Below are positions 1-12,564 of a stretch of DNA of 64,000 bases, piece by piece. A model generated the notes under the pieces. It was not told where the DNA came from, did not search any database, and saw only the letters and a program-made list of their open reading frames with translations. How positions within the stretch are numbered: the first letter of the stretch is position 1; each line of letters starts with the position of its first letter. The stretch spans positions 18,044,001-18,108,000 of the forward strand of contig CM052818.1 of assembly GCA_028534125.1 (NCBI GenBank), in the 5' to 3' direction. The stretch is from Lama glama. Lineage: Eukaryota. Made by a program: the position numbers and the translations under genes.

Positions 1-1935
1 AGGTTAATTTAAGTGACAGTAGCAGAAGCAGCAAAACTCTTGATTCACAAATTACTTGGCTGTCTATATTTAAATCCTATGTGATATTTATTTCAAAAGC
101 TACCAAAATATAAGCAAGTTTAGCAAGGTTGCAAAATATAAGATCAATACAAAAATCAATTTTATTTGATATGTGTTAGCAATAAATAATTAGAAATTAA
201 AAATGAAAAAATCATTTATAATGATATTTAAAAATATGAAATACTTTGGAATAATTCTGACCAAATATCTTTAAGACCTTTATACTGAGAACTACAAAAT
301 ATTGCTGAGAAAAATTAAAGAAGACTTAAATAAATGAAAAGATCATAGACTAAAAGACTCACTGTTGTTATTATGTTAATTCTCCCCAAGATCTATAAAT
401 TCAACATAGTCAAAATCCCAGGAGAATTATTTTTAGCAAAAATTGACAAATTGATTCCAAAATTTATCTGAAAATGCAAAGAATCTATTATCATCAAAAT
501 ATCTTTGAAAAAGAACAAAGTTAGAGGTCTTATATTATTTGACTTCAAGACTTATTATAAGGCTACAATAATCAAAAGAGTGAGGTATTGGTGGCAACAC
601 AAACAGATTAATAAAACAGAATGGAGTAGACAAATGCACTCATAAGTATTTGCTCAATTGAATTTTGACAATTGAATTAAATAGAGCCTTTACAAAAAGT
701 GACAATTGAAATAATTTGATATTCATGTAAAAAAGAATGGACTTTGCTCCATACTTCTCACCATATGTAAAAATAAATTAAAAATGGATCACAGTCCTAG
801 AGGTACAATCTAAAACTTCCAGAAAAAATATGTGAGAGAATCTCATGAACTTGGGTTAGACAAAAAATTCTTACATATAATACCAAAGCATAAGCAATAA
901 AATAAGTTTGTTCATTTGACTTCATTATTAAGACATTATTAAGGAAAAAAAAAGACCAACCACCTACAGAAAGAAACCATTTGCAAACCATATATCTGAT
1001 AAAAGATTTGTATTTGGAATATATAAGAAACAATTCTCAAATCTCAATAATGACAAAAATAAATAATAATTGGGCCAAAAAATTCAACCATTACTCCACC
1101 TTTTCTGGTATATAGACAGTAAATAAGCACATGGAAATGTACTCAATGTTGTAAGTCATTAGGGAAAGGCAAATTAAAACCTTAATGAAATTCACCTATC
1201 AGAATGTCTGAAATTAAGACTGACCATACCAAATACTGACCAGGATATGGAGAAACTGGAATGCTCCTACACTACTAACAAGAATGTAAATTAAATCCAC
1301 TTTGGAAAACAATTTGGCAGTTTCTCATAAAGTTAAATGTGTATCTACCATATGTTCCATCTTTTCTACTCCCAGGGCTTTATTCAAGTGAAATAAAAGC
1401 AGGTGTTCATAAAAAGAGTTCTAGACAAATGTTCATGGCAGCTTTATTTGTTGGAGCTAAAGATTGGAAACCAGCTAAATACCCATCAACAGGTGAGTGG
1501 GTAAACACACGTGGCACATCCATGCAATGGACCACGGCTCCACAATAAAAGGAATAAATGACTGATACATGCAAAAGTAAGGATGACTCTCAAAACAATT
1601 ACTCTGAGAAAAAGAAGACAGACAATAGAAGGTACGGACTTTATGATTCCACGATTCTGTTTTTATAAAATTCTCAAAAATGCAGACTAATCACTAGTGA
1701 CAGAAAGCAGATCAGGTTCCTGGGGATGAGCCTCAGGAATGGGGAGTTGGCAAGGGAGGGACTGCCAAGGGGCCCAAAGACTCTATGGTGTGATGAATAT
1801 ATTCACTATCTAGATTTTGATGATGGTTTAACCAGGATGTGTCAAAAGTTATCATAGCCGTCTCTGTATATGGTTTATTTATAATTTGTTTGTGTAGTTA
1901 CTATAATTTTACCTCAATAAAACTATTAAAAAAAT
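1..1935 (+). mobile_element. Old degraded LINE-1 (L1MC/L1MD-like), 3' part of ORF2 plus 3' UTR
   Basis: A-rich ORF2-like sequence with many stops. The frame at 1339-1548 resembles the ORF2 C-terminus (QMFMAALF..AKDWK..KYPSTGEW). The 3' UTR has 'gactaatcactagtgacagaaagcagatca' and ends in AATAAA plus an A-run at ~1916-1934. Confidence 0.9.
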
Positions 1936-2274
1936 CAGATGACTTGTCCAGACTGAGAGAAGATATCCAAAGGCCCAGAAACTTATCAAGTAGCCAGAGA
2001 ATTTATTCTTTTTTTTTTTTTCCAAAGTGATAGTGTTCTAGTACTACTGTCCCTCTAAGCGGATGTTAGGACTTTAAGGAAAATAATTATGCCTAGTGCA
2101 AAACTTTAACCACAAAGGAACTCAAAAAATCCGGTGAGCTCCTCCCCTTGAAATTATCCCTCAACCAAGATTAGGAACAGACATTCTACCTGCAGTAAAC
2201 TCAGATATTTGTAACCCCAAGCCATAATAAGATTTGGTAAAATGACAAGTGACCCAAAGTTAAAGCAACAGTCC

Positions 2275-2515
2275 TGTGGTGGCTCAGGATGAAAACTTCT
2301 GCACCAAACTGCGAGGATTCGAAATCTAGCACTGCCATTTCTAGCTATGTGACTTGGGCAAGGAACCCTGTGTAAAGTGGGGTAATACTATTAAGTGGGG
2401 TAATAATATCACCTCATAGGATCATTGTGATATTGAAATGAGTTCTATCTGCGGAGTGCTGAGACCTACACTAGCGTGTGGTAAACACTATGTAAGTATT
2501 TGTTAAGTAAATAGA
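2275..2515 (+). mobile_element. MIR SINE
   Basis: MIR core 'ctagctatgtgacttgggcaag...tgtaaagtggggtaata...acctcataggatcattgtga..ttgaaatgag'. Confidence 0.85.
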
Positions 2516-2989
2516 ATGCTGTGGAAAGATCTATTCTAGATGAAATGTGTGGTGATAGGGAGAATAAAAAGCAAGGCTGTCCAGGAAGGATGACTAAGGT
2601 GACAAGACAAAAAAAAAAGTAGGGTGGGAGGGACTTATTTGAAAGTCCCTATAATAAGAATCAGACATTTGGTTACCTCTTCTCCTCCCTGATTCTTGCC
2701 AGGAGATAACTGGGTTTATCTTCCATAAAAATAGAACCAGAGAGGCTCTAGAAGAAGATACATTAGGCTTAAAATGGGCAAGGAATGAGCAGTTGGATTG
2801 AAACAAGGGGATGAAGTGAAAGATGCCCACTGAATAATGACTCTGTAGACCCTTCCTCCTCCACTGCTCCAGAAAACCTATGAGGCAACGGAGCTTACAT
2901 ATGCAATGTAGGTAAGAGAGAAGGGAACCCTTCTTGGGAAGTTGAACCATTCAAAGGATGAAATATTTGTGAATATCTAGTGATAAATC

Positions 2990-3300
2990 AATGGCCATTA
3001 AACCTTCTCACAAGGAACATCCACCAAAGACAAGTCCACCATCCACACAGAGCTTCCAAACCATGTTTTGGTATTCCTATCTTAAATAGGAATGGACTGA
3101 CAAAAATCACCAGACATTTGAGGAAAGCCTTCATTGTGAAGGAGTGACCAAAGCAAACAATAAAAAGAAAGGAGAGGTGATGCATGAAACACAACAAACC
3201 TTTTAAAATATCACATTCATATAACAAGAACAGGATACTATAAAGAGGAATAATCAGAGGGGGAAAAAAGACCTCTTTGAATTTAAAATTATGACTGCTG
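2990..3300 (+). mobile_element. Old L1 5'/ORF1-region remnant (continues at ~4060-4260)
   Basis: 'aaaatcaccagacatttgaggaaagcc' here, and 'aattatcaaagaaatgatatgagaaaatgttcca...cagattaaaaatacccacagagtgtccag' at 4060-4260, resemble decayed L1M ORF1. Confidence 0.55.
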
Positions 3301-3304
3301 TTTT

Positions 3305-3725
3305 ACATTAGGTACCCTGGAAGCAGAGCCTGAGATAGGGATTCTTGCTCAAGTGATAGATCGCAGGAGAGCTTTTGGGAGAGAGGAGAGAAGCAGGGTG
3401 GGTCAGGGCAGGAAACTACAGAGGAATCTGGTCTCATTTGGAGACCTCCTCCAGTCTGATCCCATAGTGAAAAAACGCAGACTACATATTGACCCTCTCT
3501 AAATCAACCCCACTTTGGACAAGCATCCAGCCTGTCTACCCTCATGTTGGTCAGTTATTGTGTGAGTTCTCAGCCATGAGAAGGAGGTGCATAGCCACTC
3601 AGAAGAGACAGCTCCTGATTGGCCAGGACAGTTCTTTAGAGAAGAGGATGCTGTGAGTTACCAGCCACGCCCCACCCCGGCCCCAAGCAATGAGAGGCAC
3701 TAGCTGGAAAAGAGCATACTTACTA
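3305..3725 (-). mobile_element. ERVL-class solo LTR (LTR16/LTR33-like)
   Basis: 'ggtaccctggaagcagagcctgagatagggattcttgctcaagtga' resembles the reverse-complemented 3' end of this LTR group. Confidence 0.6.
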
Positions 3726-4319
3726 CCCAAATGCAACTTTCTCATTCATTTTCCCCATGTAGATAGTCTAATTTTATCCTTTCCTAGTAACTCTTCATAG
3801 TCTAACTTCCTTCTTGCGCAAATAATGAGTTTTTGAGATGATCTGTGTTATTTTAGCTATTTTGACTTTTAGCTTTTGAAAAATTTAAACAAATAACAGC
3901 AAGACTTGCTTGCAATAAACCTCTGACAAATATATGCCAACTCTTAGGCTAACACCTGGCATCAGCCTCCTCTTGAGGTCTATTTTTATAGTTTGGATTA
4001 TATAACTGAAGAAGTTTCATTTAAATCTTCTTCCACTTCCATTATATTAATAGAAGTTCTAGGGAAAAAATGGCGAAGGGAGAATTATCAAAGAAATGAT
4101 ATGAGAAAATGTTCCAAAGTGAAAGGCGTATAACTCCAGATTAAAAATACCCACAGAGTGTCCAGTGAAATAAATGAAAGAGGACCCATAAAAAGGCACA
4201 TCATGAAATCTTAGAACACTGGGGATGAAGAAAAGGTTCTAAAGTTTTGAGACAGAAATCTAGGACTATTTTTATAAACCTTCTGGCAGTATTTCACTTT
4301 TTAAAACTGTAAGTCATAA

Positions 4320-4700
4320 CAGTAATAACACAATATACACATTCCTGAGAAATCTTACATTCGACAAAATTGACCACTAAAAATAATAGGGCTCCTGGAG
4401 AAAAATAAGGTTGGGGTAGACTAACTCAAAACAGGCACAGTTGTTAATCAAAGCACAAAAAAAGCCCCCCAAAATTTTAATAAAACCCACATATATATTT
4501 TCAAAGTTAGAGTGGGGGAACAGGACAGCAGGGTATGAAATTAGCAAATTGTCCAACTGGAAGCTATATCCGGAGTGTCTATCAAAGAAGTAGCAGGTCA
4601 GGCCAAGCCATAGCAGATGTGATGTTATGATGCATCTTTAAATCTTTCCATTATGTATCACATAAGCTTGCAGACTTCTAGTGAAAAGAGACTCTTAGAG
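4320..4700. mobile_element. TcMar-Tigger-like DNA transposon fragment
   Basis: 'cattcctgagaaatcttacattcgacaaaattgaccactaaaaataatagggctcctggagaaaaataaggttggggtagactaactcaaaac' resembles old Tigger MITEs. The right boundary is uncertain. Confidence 0.5.
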
Positions 4701-4852
4701 ATATACTCCAATGCCCCAGTCTGGTGAGCACTTGGTGTCGTGAAAGTGTAGAAGCAGGTCTGCTGAGTGACACCAGGTGACATCATATACACTCATTTAG
4801 AACCAGAGATTCTAATCCCTGTCCTCTTCATCAGTCTAAAGCCATCTCCCTT

Positions 4853-4878
4853 TTATATATATACATATATATATATAT

Positions 4879-4920
<42 letters not shown>
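4853..4920. repeat. Compound (TA)n(CA)n(TA)n microsatellite at an L1 tail
   Basis: Directly visible; abuts the 3' end of a minus-strand L1. Confidence 0.97.
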
Positions 4921-4923
<3 letters not shown>

Positions 4924-5135
4924 AAGTATAGTCAGTTTACAATGTTGTGTCCATTTCTTGTGTATAGCATAATGTTTTGGTCATACATGAACATACATAT
5001 ATTTGTTTTCATATTATTTTTCACCATAGGTTACTACAAGATATTGAATACAGTTCCCTGTGCTATACAGTATGAACTTGTTGTTTATCTACTTTATCTA
5101 TATATATTAGTATCTGCAAATCTCGAACTCCCAAA
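4921..5135 (-). mobile_element. 5'-truncated lineage-specific L1 3' UTR
   Basis: 'ttgaagtatagtcagtttacaatgttgtgtc...ttgaatacagttccctgtgctatacag' is the reverse complement of the same UTR type seen at 33840-34075. Confidence 0.9.
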
Positions 5136-5249
5136 GTCATCTCTTAAATGAGAGTCCCTGCTAAGTGAATACAGAAATATTAAAGAGCACAGAGGCCTGG
5201 GTTTGAGCCCAAGCTTTGCCACAAACTAGCTATGTTCTCATTCTCTAGA

Positions 5250-5490
5250 CAGTGGTCCTCGACCAGGGGCTATTCCCCCATCCCAGCACCTCGGGGCATT
5301 TTTAACTGTCACAGCTGGTGGGGGGAGTGAGTAGGGGAAGACGGAGGGGTACTACTAGCAACTAATGGGAAAAGGGCAGGGATTCTCCAGCACAAGAGAC
5401 AGTCCCCAGCCCCGACCCAACCCCACCACTGCAACAAAGAATCATTCCCCTACAAAGTGTCAGAACAGCAGAAGCTGAAAAACCATATGC
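5250..5490 (+). mobile_element. MER20 (hAT-Charlie MITE)
   Basis: Starts 'cagtggtcctcgaccagggg' after a TCTAGA-type target; contains 'aacaaagaatcatt...aaagtgtcagaacagcagaagctgaaaaacc'. Confidence 0.8.
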
Positions 5491-6486
5491 CAGGATATCA
5501 AAACTCTGGCCTTGTTTCCATAACCACACCCCTGGTCCAGGATGAAGGCTGGAAATCATAGGGAAGCTCTTCCTTAAAATTAACGTCTCCCACAAGTGGG
5601 ATGTGATGCCTGCTAACAGCAAGCTTTCTTTCCCCGAAAATCTTCAAACAGAAGCTGAATGATAATCCTGCAGGGCTGCTGGGAGGCCATCTTCATCTTG
5701 GAAGACTATAAAATAAAATATTTAGGGTTCCTTCCAACATGAAACTCTTAGGAAAGACAGACAAGACGGGAAACCCTGAAAGGAGAATCGAGAAACATGT
5801 AATAATGTTCTGATACAAGTCACAGATCCATTAGCACATGAATACTAGAAAACACTGTCCCCAGGTAAAAACATAGATGTCTATGGAATTGTGACATTAT
5901 TTTGATTTTTCCTTAGGACAGAATGATTTCTACCTCATCTTACATCAATTGTGCACAGTCCACACTCCAGTACAAAACATTTTTCCAGTCAGGGTCTGTA
6001 ATTATTAAAGAAGTATAGAAAGTATATAAATTGGAGAAAAGGAATCAAACAAAAAGGAGAGGAGATTATAATTTTTAAGTTGCTTTGATTAAGACTGTAA
6101 ATGGTGACTACAGCCCTCTTGTGAAAAATTGAAGCAGAAAGGGGCAGAGATAACATTCATGGTTCAGATCAGGAGTTCACTTGTACCAATGGCTTTGATT
6201 ACTTTAGTTTTTTCTTAGATGTGAATGTCCTCTTGGGAAGGCAGCAAAGCCAAAAATGGGAAGGAGATCCTATCCAGTAGCATTTAACATTTTAAGCTGA
6301 GTAATCCTGTGTCTCTGGGGCACTAGACACATTTATCTTTTTAAAGAGTACCAATTTTATGTCTTGTAAGTGTTAACTCATGTGTATTTCATTATGGATT
6401 TAAAAAAAATATTTTGATGCTTTCCAATGTTCTGGCTTGGAGAATATGTTGAAGCTTTCAGTACAGAATATACAGAATACTGCAGT

Positions 6487-6545
6487 GGGGGTGTGTGTGT
6501 GTGGTGTGTGTGTGGTGTGTGTTGGGGGTTGGGTGGGTGTGTGTT
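6487..6545. repeat. Imperfect (GT)n/G-rich simple repeat
   Basis: Directly visible. Confidence 0.9.
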
Positions 6546-8695
6546 GCCTGACAGTGGTTATCAAGAAATGACTCCATTGGAACCATTTTCCTAAGTGAAC
6601 TTAGCTTTGCTAACAGGTACCACCTGCTATGTTCAGGGACAGCTTTTGCTTATACTTCATGACAATTTCTCTTAATTTAACATTTTAAATGAAAAATAAT
6701 GTAGGAGTTAAAATTGAGAGAAGAGCACATTGGTACCATAATTGGCTTCAAACCTATGAATTAAAGTTTTATGTGTTTTTAATTGTACCTTCAATAAGTG
6801 AAGAGTACAGCTTGTCTGTTAACGATACAAAAATTTAACTATTGGATTTCATCCTGAATTTCACAGATTTTAATTACCTGGAGAAAAAGCAGAGAGATGA
6901 CAAAGGAGGAGCTTGAGGAAATTACGATCAAGAGGAGGTTATGTCTTGCTTTTCCTCGGGGAGAAACATCTACTCACATGATGGCACTTGTGTTAATTAT
7001 TAAGTAATTAAAGTCATGGTAAGTACTGACCACAGCATGTACATTAATGAGTCTTTCTGAAAAACAGCTCAAGTTTCAGGGTCCTAAGCTATGTAGGCTG
7101 TGTGCAGAGATATGATCCATTTCTCCACCAATTCAAAATATTTCCTTAGCAATGGTTCAAATTTGAGTGAAAATAAGAAAGTAGGTTGCCTAGTTCTCAT
7201 ATTGCTAAATAAAAATCCCTCTTTGGAATGCATCCCAATCCTGCTGGTGATCTGCAAATAAAGATGAAAAAAACAAGAGAAGAGGACAGTAACCAGCTCC
7301 CTCCCAAGACCTGAGAAGCATAAGGAAAATTTGTAATTATTTATCCATCCAACCTACCTCCCAGTTACTGAGCATCTCTTAGGCCGAGGCACTGAGCCAG
7401 GTACTGGCTGCACAAGGACATGAATGGGGTGTCACCTGGGCTCGCTAAAGATGGAGGCCACAGGCTCAACTAGTTCCGCCCTGAGCAAATCCTCACCTCA
7501 CATTCACTTCACCCAAAGGGCATCTTCTTGATGCTCAGGAAATGCTCTGGGAGAAAAACTACAAGAGAATTTGGTCCTTGCAGGTTGTATCCAAGCACCA
7601 TTTAGTTTTAAATCCTCGGTGTTATTTTTGATGTGATATTCATTTCACTGTGCGTGGAAAACAGACCTTGTCATTCTTTAGACAAGCCTGTCAGCTGCAG
7701 CTTTATTATGAAACCAGAGTGAATCCCATATCCACTGTCATTAAAGTGTACTGTGAAAGGATTCAGCGGCAGGTCTGGAAATAGAAGGGGAAAACACTGG
7801 CAGAAAGGGAGGGATGATGATATGTGGTTTGGTGATCCTCAAATTGTTGAACTAGATAATAAGACTACTCCAATCCCCTTGATAAACTCAATTCTCTGCA
7901 TCTCCTGCTGGCCGCATTCGTTGTATCAGCTGGGAATGCTGCCTTTGTGACACCTGCCAGGCTTCATTCTCTGTAGATGAGACACCACGCTGTGCCGATG
8001 GGGTCGTCCACGCCTCACCAGAATAGACAGAGCTTTCAGAAATCAGGAGAGGTGTCACCTGGGCCTGGTGCTGAGGAGGGGCCCAGAAACACCCACAGAG
8101 GCCGACTTCCCTCCCTATTTCTCATTTTCCCGTCTGCCTCCCAGAGTTGGGATGACTGATTAGAGATAGAGTAGGACGTTAGGGCAGCTGCTGAAAGAAA
8201 AATCAGGCCTTGCTTGCTGAGGCTTATGAGCTCCTGGTTCAAAGAAGTAGTGCCAGTAGAATACAGAGCCCAAGCCCCCCTTACTAGGCCTTGTAATGCG
8301 GTGAGTTCACGTCATCACCTACTGTTGTCAGAGCACAGCCCCCGTCTGCCCTGATCTTTGATACGTTGATATTTCTCCGAATGATTTGACCTCCGTGCTC
8401 TGGCTTCTCTTCTTCCATTTGGCCTTCTCAAATAGGCTTGGCCTCTCATTTCAATTAGATCTTACTCTTTCCCATACAGTAACACACAATTCTTTCTGCA
8501 TTTAAAAAAATCATTTATCTATCAACTCCCTAGCCCACTGTTTCCTTTCTTCCTTTTACTTCCATAGAGTTTCAGCAAAACATATTAATGAGGGTGCCCG
8601 GTACTGTGCCCGGCACTATTTAGAGTCACCCTCTGGAAGCTGCTGCTTTCCCCTGCTAAGCCTGGCCGGTATTAGTGTGTCTCTGCTCTCCAGAC

Positions 8696-8855
8696 CAGCA
8701 CTTGACAAACTATGGCCTGTGGGCGAAATCCGGACCACCACCTCCTTTTATAAATAAAGGTTTATCAGCACACAGCCATGCTGTTTCCATGTTATGACCA
8801 AGTTGTGCGCTTGTCCCAAGTACCACATGGCCCTTGGAAAGTTTGTGGACCTCTG
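8696..8855 (+). mobile_element. MER58A-like hAT-Charlie MITE with 8-bp TSD
   Basis: 'cagcacttgacaaactatggcctgtgggcgaaatcc...aaagtttgtggacctctg'. Flanks are ctccagac (8688-8695) and ctctagac (8856-8863), matching at 7 of 8. Confidence 0.9.
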
Positions 8856-9569
8856 CTCTAGACAAAACATTTTTTAGAGTTTAGTTTATTTTTTTTCCTT
8901 TCTTCACTTGCATGTTCTTCTTAGTTAGGCAAAGATCACAAGGTGAGGAAACTCAACCAGAAATAATACCAAACTAAAGATGCCAGTTGGTTTCATTTAA
9001 CTTTACAGAAGGATGGCCACCACTCTCAGATAATTAAGAGTCCTTATTATTTCCCAAATGTAACAACACATTGTTTCTACCTTTACAATATCCTAAAATT
9101 AAAAGTTGCTTTCCCATTCATTTATTAAATCAAGCTCAAGTGCCCCACCTCTGTGAAGCCTTTCTGATTGCTTCTGATTGTTTAGACCATTCCTTGCCTT
9201 TTAAGGCATAGCCTTCCCCCATCTCGCCAGCTCACCTGTCCCTGCTTCCCTTCTCCTGCCTTCCTTATTCTTTAGCCTTCCTTCCTCTTGTGACTGATGG
9301 TTTAGAAATATATTTTTTATTGCTTGAGAATGACTCTGTAGGTTTCTTTTCACTGTAAGTAGCATTTTCCAATGAAACACACAAAATGCTTCACCTAAGA
9401 TGGATTCTGGAAAATAAAAATGTCTCCATCTCCTTCCGTGAATGAATATCCTTTTCTAGTCTTTCCTAGTATCCCTGAGATTTCTATACTGCCCAATGGT
9501 TCTGAAACAGCATCTCCAAGAGATGAAAATGCATCTCGATGAGCCAACATGGACTGGGGAACTACAAAG

Positions 9570-9856
9570 CATTTTATTTATTTGAAATAGTTCATAAAAT
9601 TTCAAAACTGTAAGTATTCAGTTAAAATCTGTATTCCCAGTTTCTCTTAAAAAAATCATGAAATCTAGTATTACTGAAATGTCCACATCACTTCAATCAG
9701 CTAGAGCTCTGCAGCCCTGTCCCCTGTAGAAGAGTCTTGTGCTTTCTACTCTCCAGTTCACCTTCGTTCCCCCAGTCCTATTAGCCTGTGCTGAGCCAGC
9801 CCCATTGCTGTGTTGCCTACCCATCCCCCGCAGGCATTCAATTTGTGATTCCCGGT
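9570..9856. mobile_element. MER102-like hAT-Charlie element
   Basis: 'ccagtttctcttaaaaaaatc...aatcagctagagct...gcaggcattcaatttgtgattcccgg'. Confidence 0.65.
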
Positions 9857-10146
9857 CAAAGCCAAGTATCAAAGAGACATAAACATTTTACTGAGAAGCT
9901 ATACTCCAGAGGTAATTATCAATAATGATTATTAATATAACTGGAAGTGGAGGTAGCATAATGGAGGGAATGGCAAATGGGTGGAATAATGCTCCAGATA
10001 CATCATTCTAGAGCCAGTATTGCTAAAATGCTGAAATAGAAGAAAACAGAAGCTAACTTAGGAGATTTGACAGTCTACGTAGGTAACCAAGACCATGCTA
10101 AGCCCTAGACTGGGTTACAGCACTTTGTAGTATACGGAACAATGGG

Positions 10147-10553
10147 TGTTACGGGCTATATTCTGTTCCTCTAAACTTTGTACACAGAAGACCTAACCCC
10201 TAGAGCCTCAGAATGTGACTATATCTGGAGTTAGGGCCTTTAAAGAGGTGATCACGTTAATGATGCTGCTGGGATGGTCCTACTCCCATCTGACTGATCC
10301 AATCTCCAGTAAGAGGAGAAAATTTGGACACACAAAGAGACAGCAAGGGTGTGTGTGTACAGAGATGACCATATGAAGTGGCAGCAAGAGGGTGTCCATC
10401 TGCAAGCCCAGGAGAGAGGTCTCAGAGGAAACCAAAATGCTGACATCTTGATTTTGAAGTTTTAGCATCCAGAACTGTGAGAAAATAAATTTCTGTTTTA
10501 TGAGCCATCTGGTCTGTGGTATTTTGTTACAGCAGCTCTAGCAAACTAATACA
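10147..10553 (+). mobile_element. MaLR solo LTR (MLT1A/MLT1B-like), full length
   Basis: TG...CA termini ('tgttacgggc' to 'gcaaactaataca') and internal 'cagaatgtgactatatctggagttagggcctttaaagaggtgat'. Decayed 5-bp TSD atggg/gcggg. Confidence 0.92.
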
Positions 10554-12495
10554 GCGGGGCTCTTATGATATGCTCCTCCTCAGCCTTACACAAGGTTTTT
10601 TTCTCACTCTCCTAAAGCTGAAAATTCCCATGGTCTCTTGTCATCTTCCACTCTCATGGACGACATTCTCACAGCCTGTGATACACTCCCCTGTCCTCAC
10701 TGTTTACGAAACCAGGTCTATCTGCATATTTTTGCAAGGTGATGATTGCCAAGATGCTATGGTTACTTAATATGATTCATCTCTGGGAGACAGAGAATGG
10801 AGATTGAGGGACTGTAACATGCATGTATTTATCTTTCCACATTCAACCCAGAAATACACAGCCAAACAGGATCCATCAATGATTTCATTGCTTCTTCTGA
10901 GTTACTTTTCCTGTCGATGCTCCTAAAATATCACATACCCTTAACTTTGTAATACTTTGTTGTACAGAAGACCTCAACTGCAGATGACCCCTTTCTTGGC
11001 AGCCGTAACAGTCCCTTTTAATTTACTCCTGACTTGAGAAAAGTGACCTGGATTCAGTCTCTCTTCTGCTAACATGTGAAGGTGACTATGGCTTGTTCAA
11101 CGAGGGCCTCCGACAGCAGGCGCAAGGAGGGATGCTGGATGTTCATGGCACGCAGTCTGCACAGTGGGAGAAAATGGTCAACGTGGCCTTTCAGCTTACA
11201 GAAATCAGAACACAATCTTCCCAGCCACATACGTTTTTGCACTGTTGCAAGAACATCACTTATTCCTTTGCCCTGTTGAGAGGTTACCCCAGAAGAGTAC
11301 AGGCTCCTTGGAGACAGAGATTAATTTTTTTCCTTTATGTGTCTCATTGACTGTGTTGCTGGAATTTGACATTCCATTAGAAATTCATTTATATTGATTA
11401 TGGTTTTGCCCTGGTTAAAAGGAAATTCCCCCTTGGAATACCTCATCTAAACTTTGTAGCAATTAATGTATATCCAACATGACAGTTAACTAAAGACAGT
11501 TCCTTGAAAGGAGATTTCTGATGGGTTTTGGAGTTTACAGAGGGAAATTTCTTTTAGAAGAAGACACATCCAATGTGGCGGCAGATGGGAGAGATCTGAC
11601 TGGCTATCCAGAGGATTGTTGAAGGGAGGAAATAGACTTAGGATGGAAAATGACACTAGTAAGGAAGATGGAAGATGGGAAGGAAATCAGAAATGTTATC
11701 ATCCTGCTGAGGGAGGGCTCTGTGTGGAAAAATCTAATTGGAAGTCTCACATAAGTAAAGACAGACGTTGGTTTTCTAGGGATTGGCCTATTTAAAAACA
11801 TCCTCAGATCTAATTGTTCTTTTGCCTGACCAGAATCAGTTCTATTATCTACAGTTTTCTTGTTTAAAATAAACGTAATCTATAAACATCTGATCTTGCA
11901 CAAAAGTTACAAAAAGATATATCTTTCAGTTTTTGAAATGAATAGTTGTTTATACAAGAATCTACAATAGTTCTCCTCTCAAAACTACACTCATCTGTTA
12001 CAATTTCAGATGTGTCTCCATGTGTTGCAGATTTTTCCAAAACAAATATGACTTTAAAGAAAACTGAAAAGCATAATATGTAATGTCACTTGGAAGTATG
12101 TGTATATTTTAAATATGTTAACATACATGCACACGAACTCCAAACAACATATAAACGTACACATTCACACATATGCACCAACACATGTGCACAAGTTCAT
12201 GCCAACCACTTCCCTGTAGGTTTTAATTAAAGTGCCAATTCCAAAGATTAATGATTTCTAGGAGTAGGCACTGAAACAAGTAAATAAAAGGGCCAGTGGA
12301 ATTTTGACAGGTGACAGTGTGACAGGAACGCATGGCCCAAGTTTTACTAGAATAATGCTAGTTTTCACCTTTGACTCCATTTCTCTACCAAATCAGTTCT
12401 GGGGTGGACGCCTGCTTAGGCAGAGGTTGGATGCAAGGAACAGAGATCTATCATCTCCAAGATCGTCCTTGATCTGATACAAATCTATAAGAACC

Positions 12496-12564
12496 TACAC
12501 TGTATACCAGAAATTGACACACTGTAACTGACTATACTTCAATTAAAAAAATAATATTTTTTTT
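12496..12564 (+). mobile_element. Extremely 5'-truncated L1 (terminal ~50 nt plus tail) with 14-bp TSD
   Basis: 'tgtataccagaaattgacacactgtaactgactatacttcaatt' matches the L1 3' end at ~34010-34055. TSD aatctataagaacc (12482-12495) / aatctatgagaacc (12565-12578). Confidence 0.88.

Noticed and set aside
2375..2405. aagtggggtaata repeated at an 18-bp period
   Set aside because: Small slippage duplication inside a MIR.
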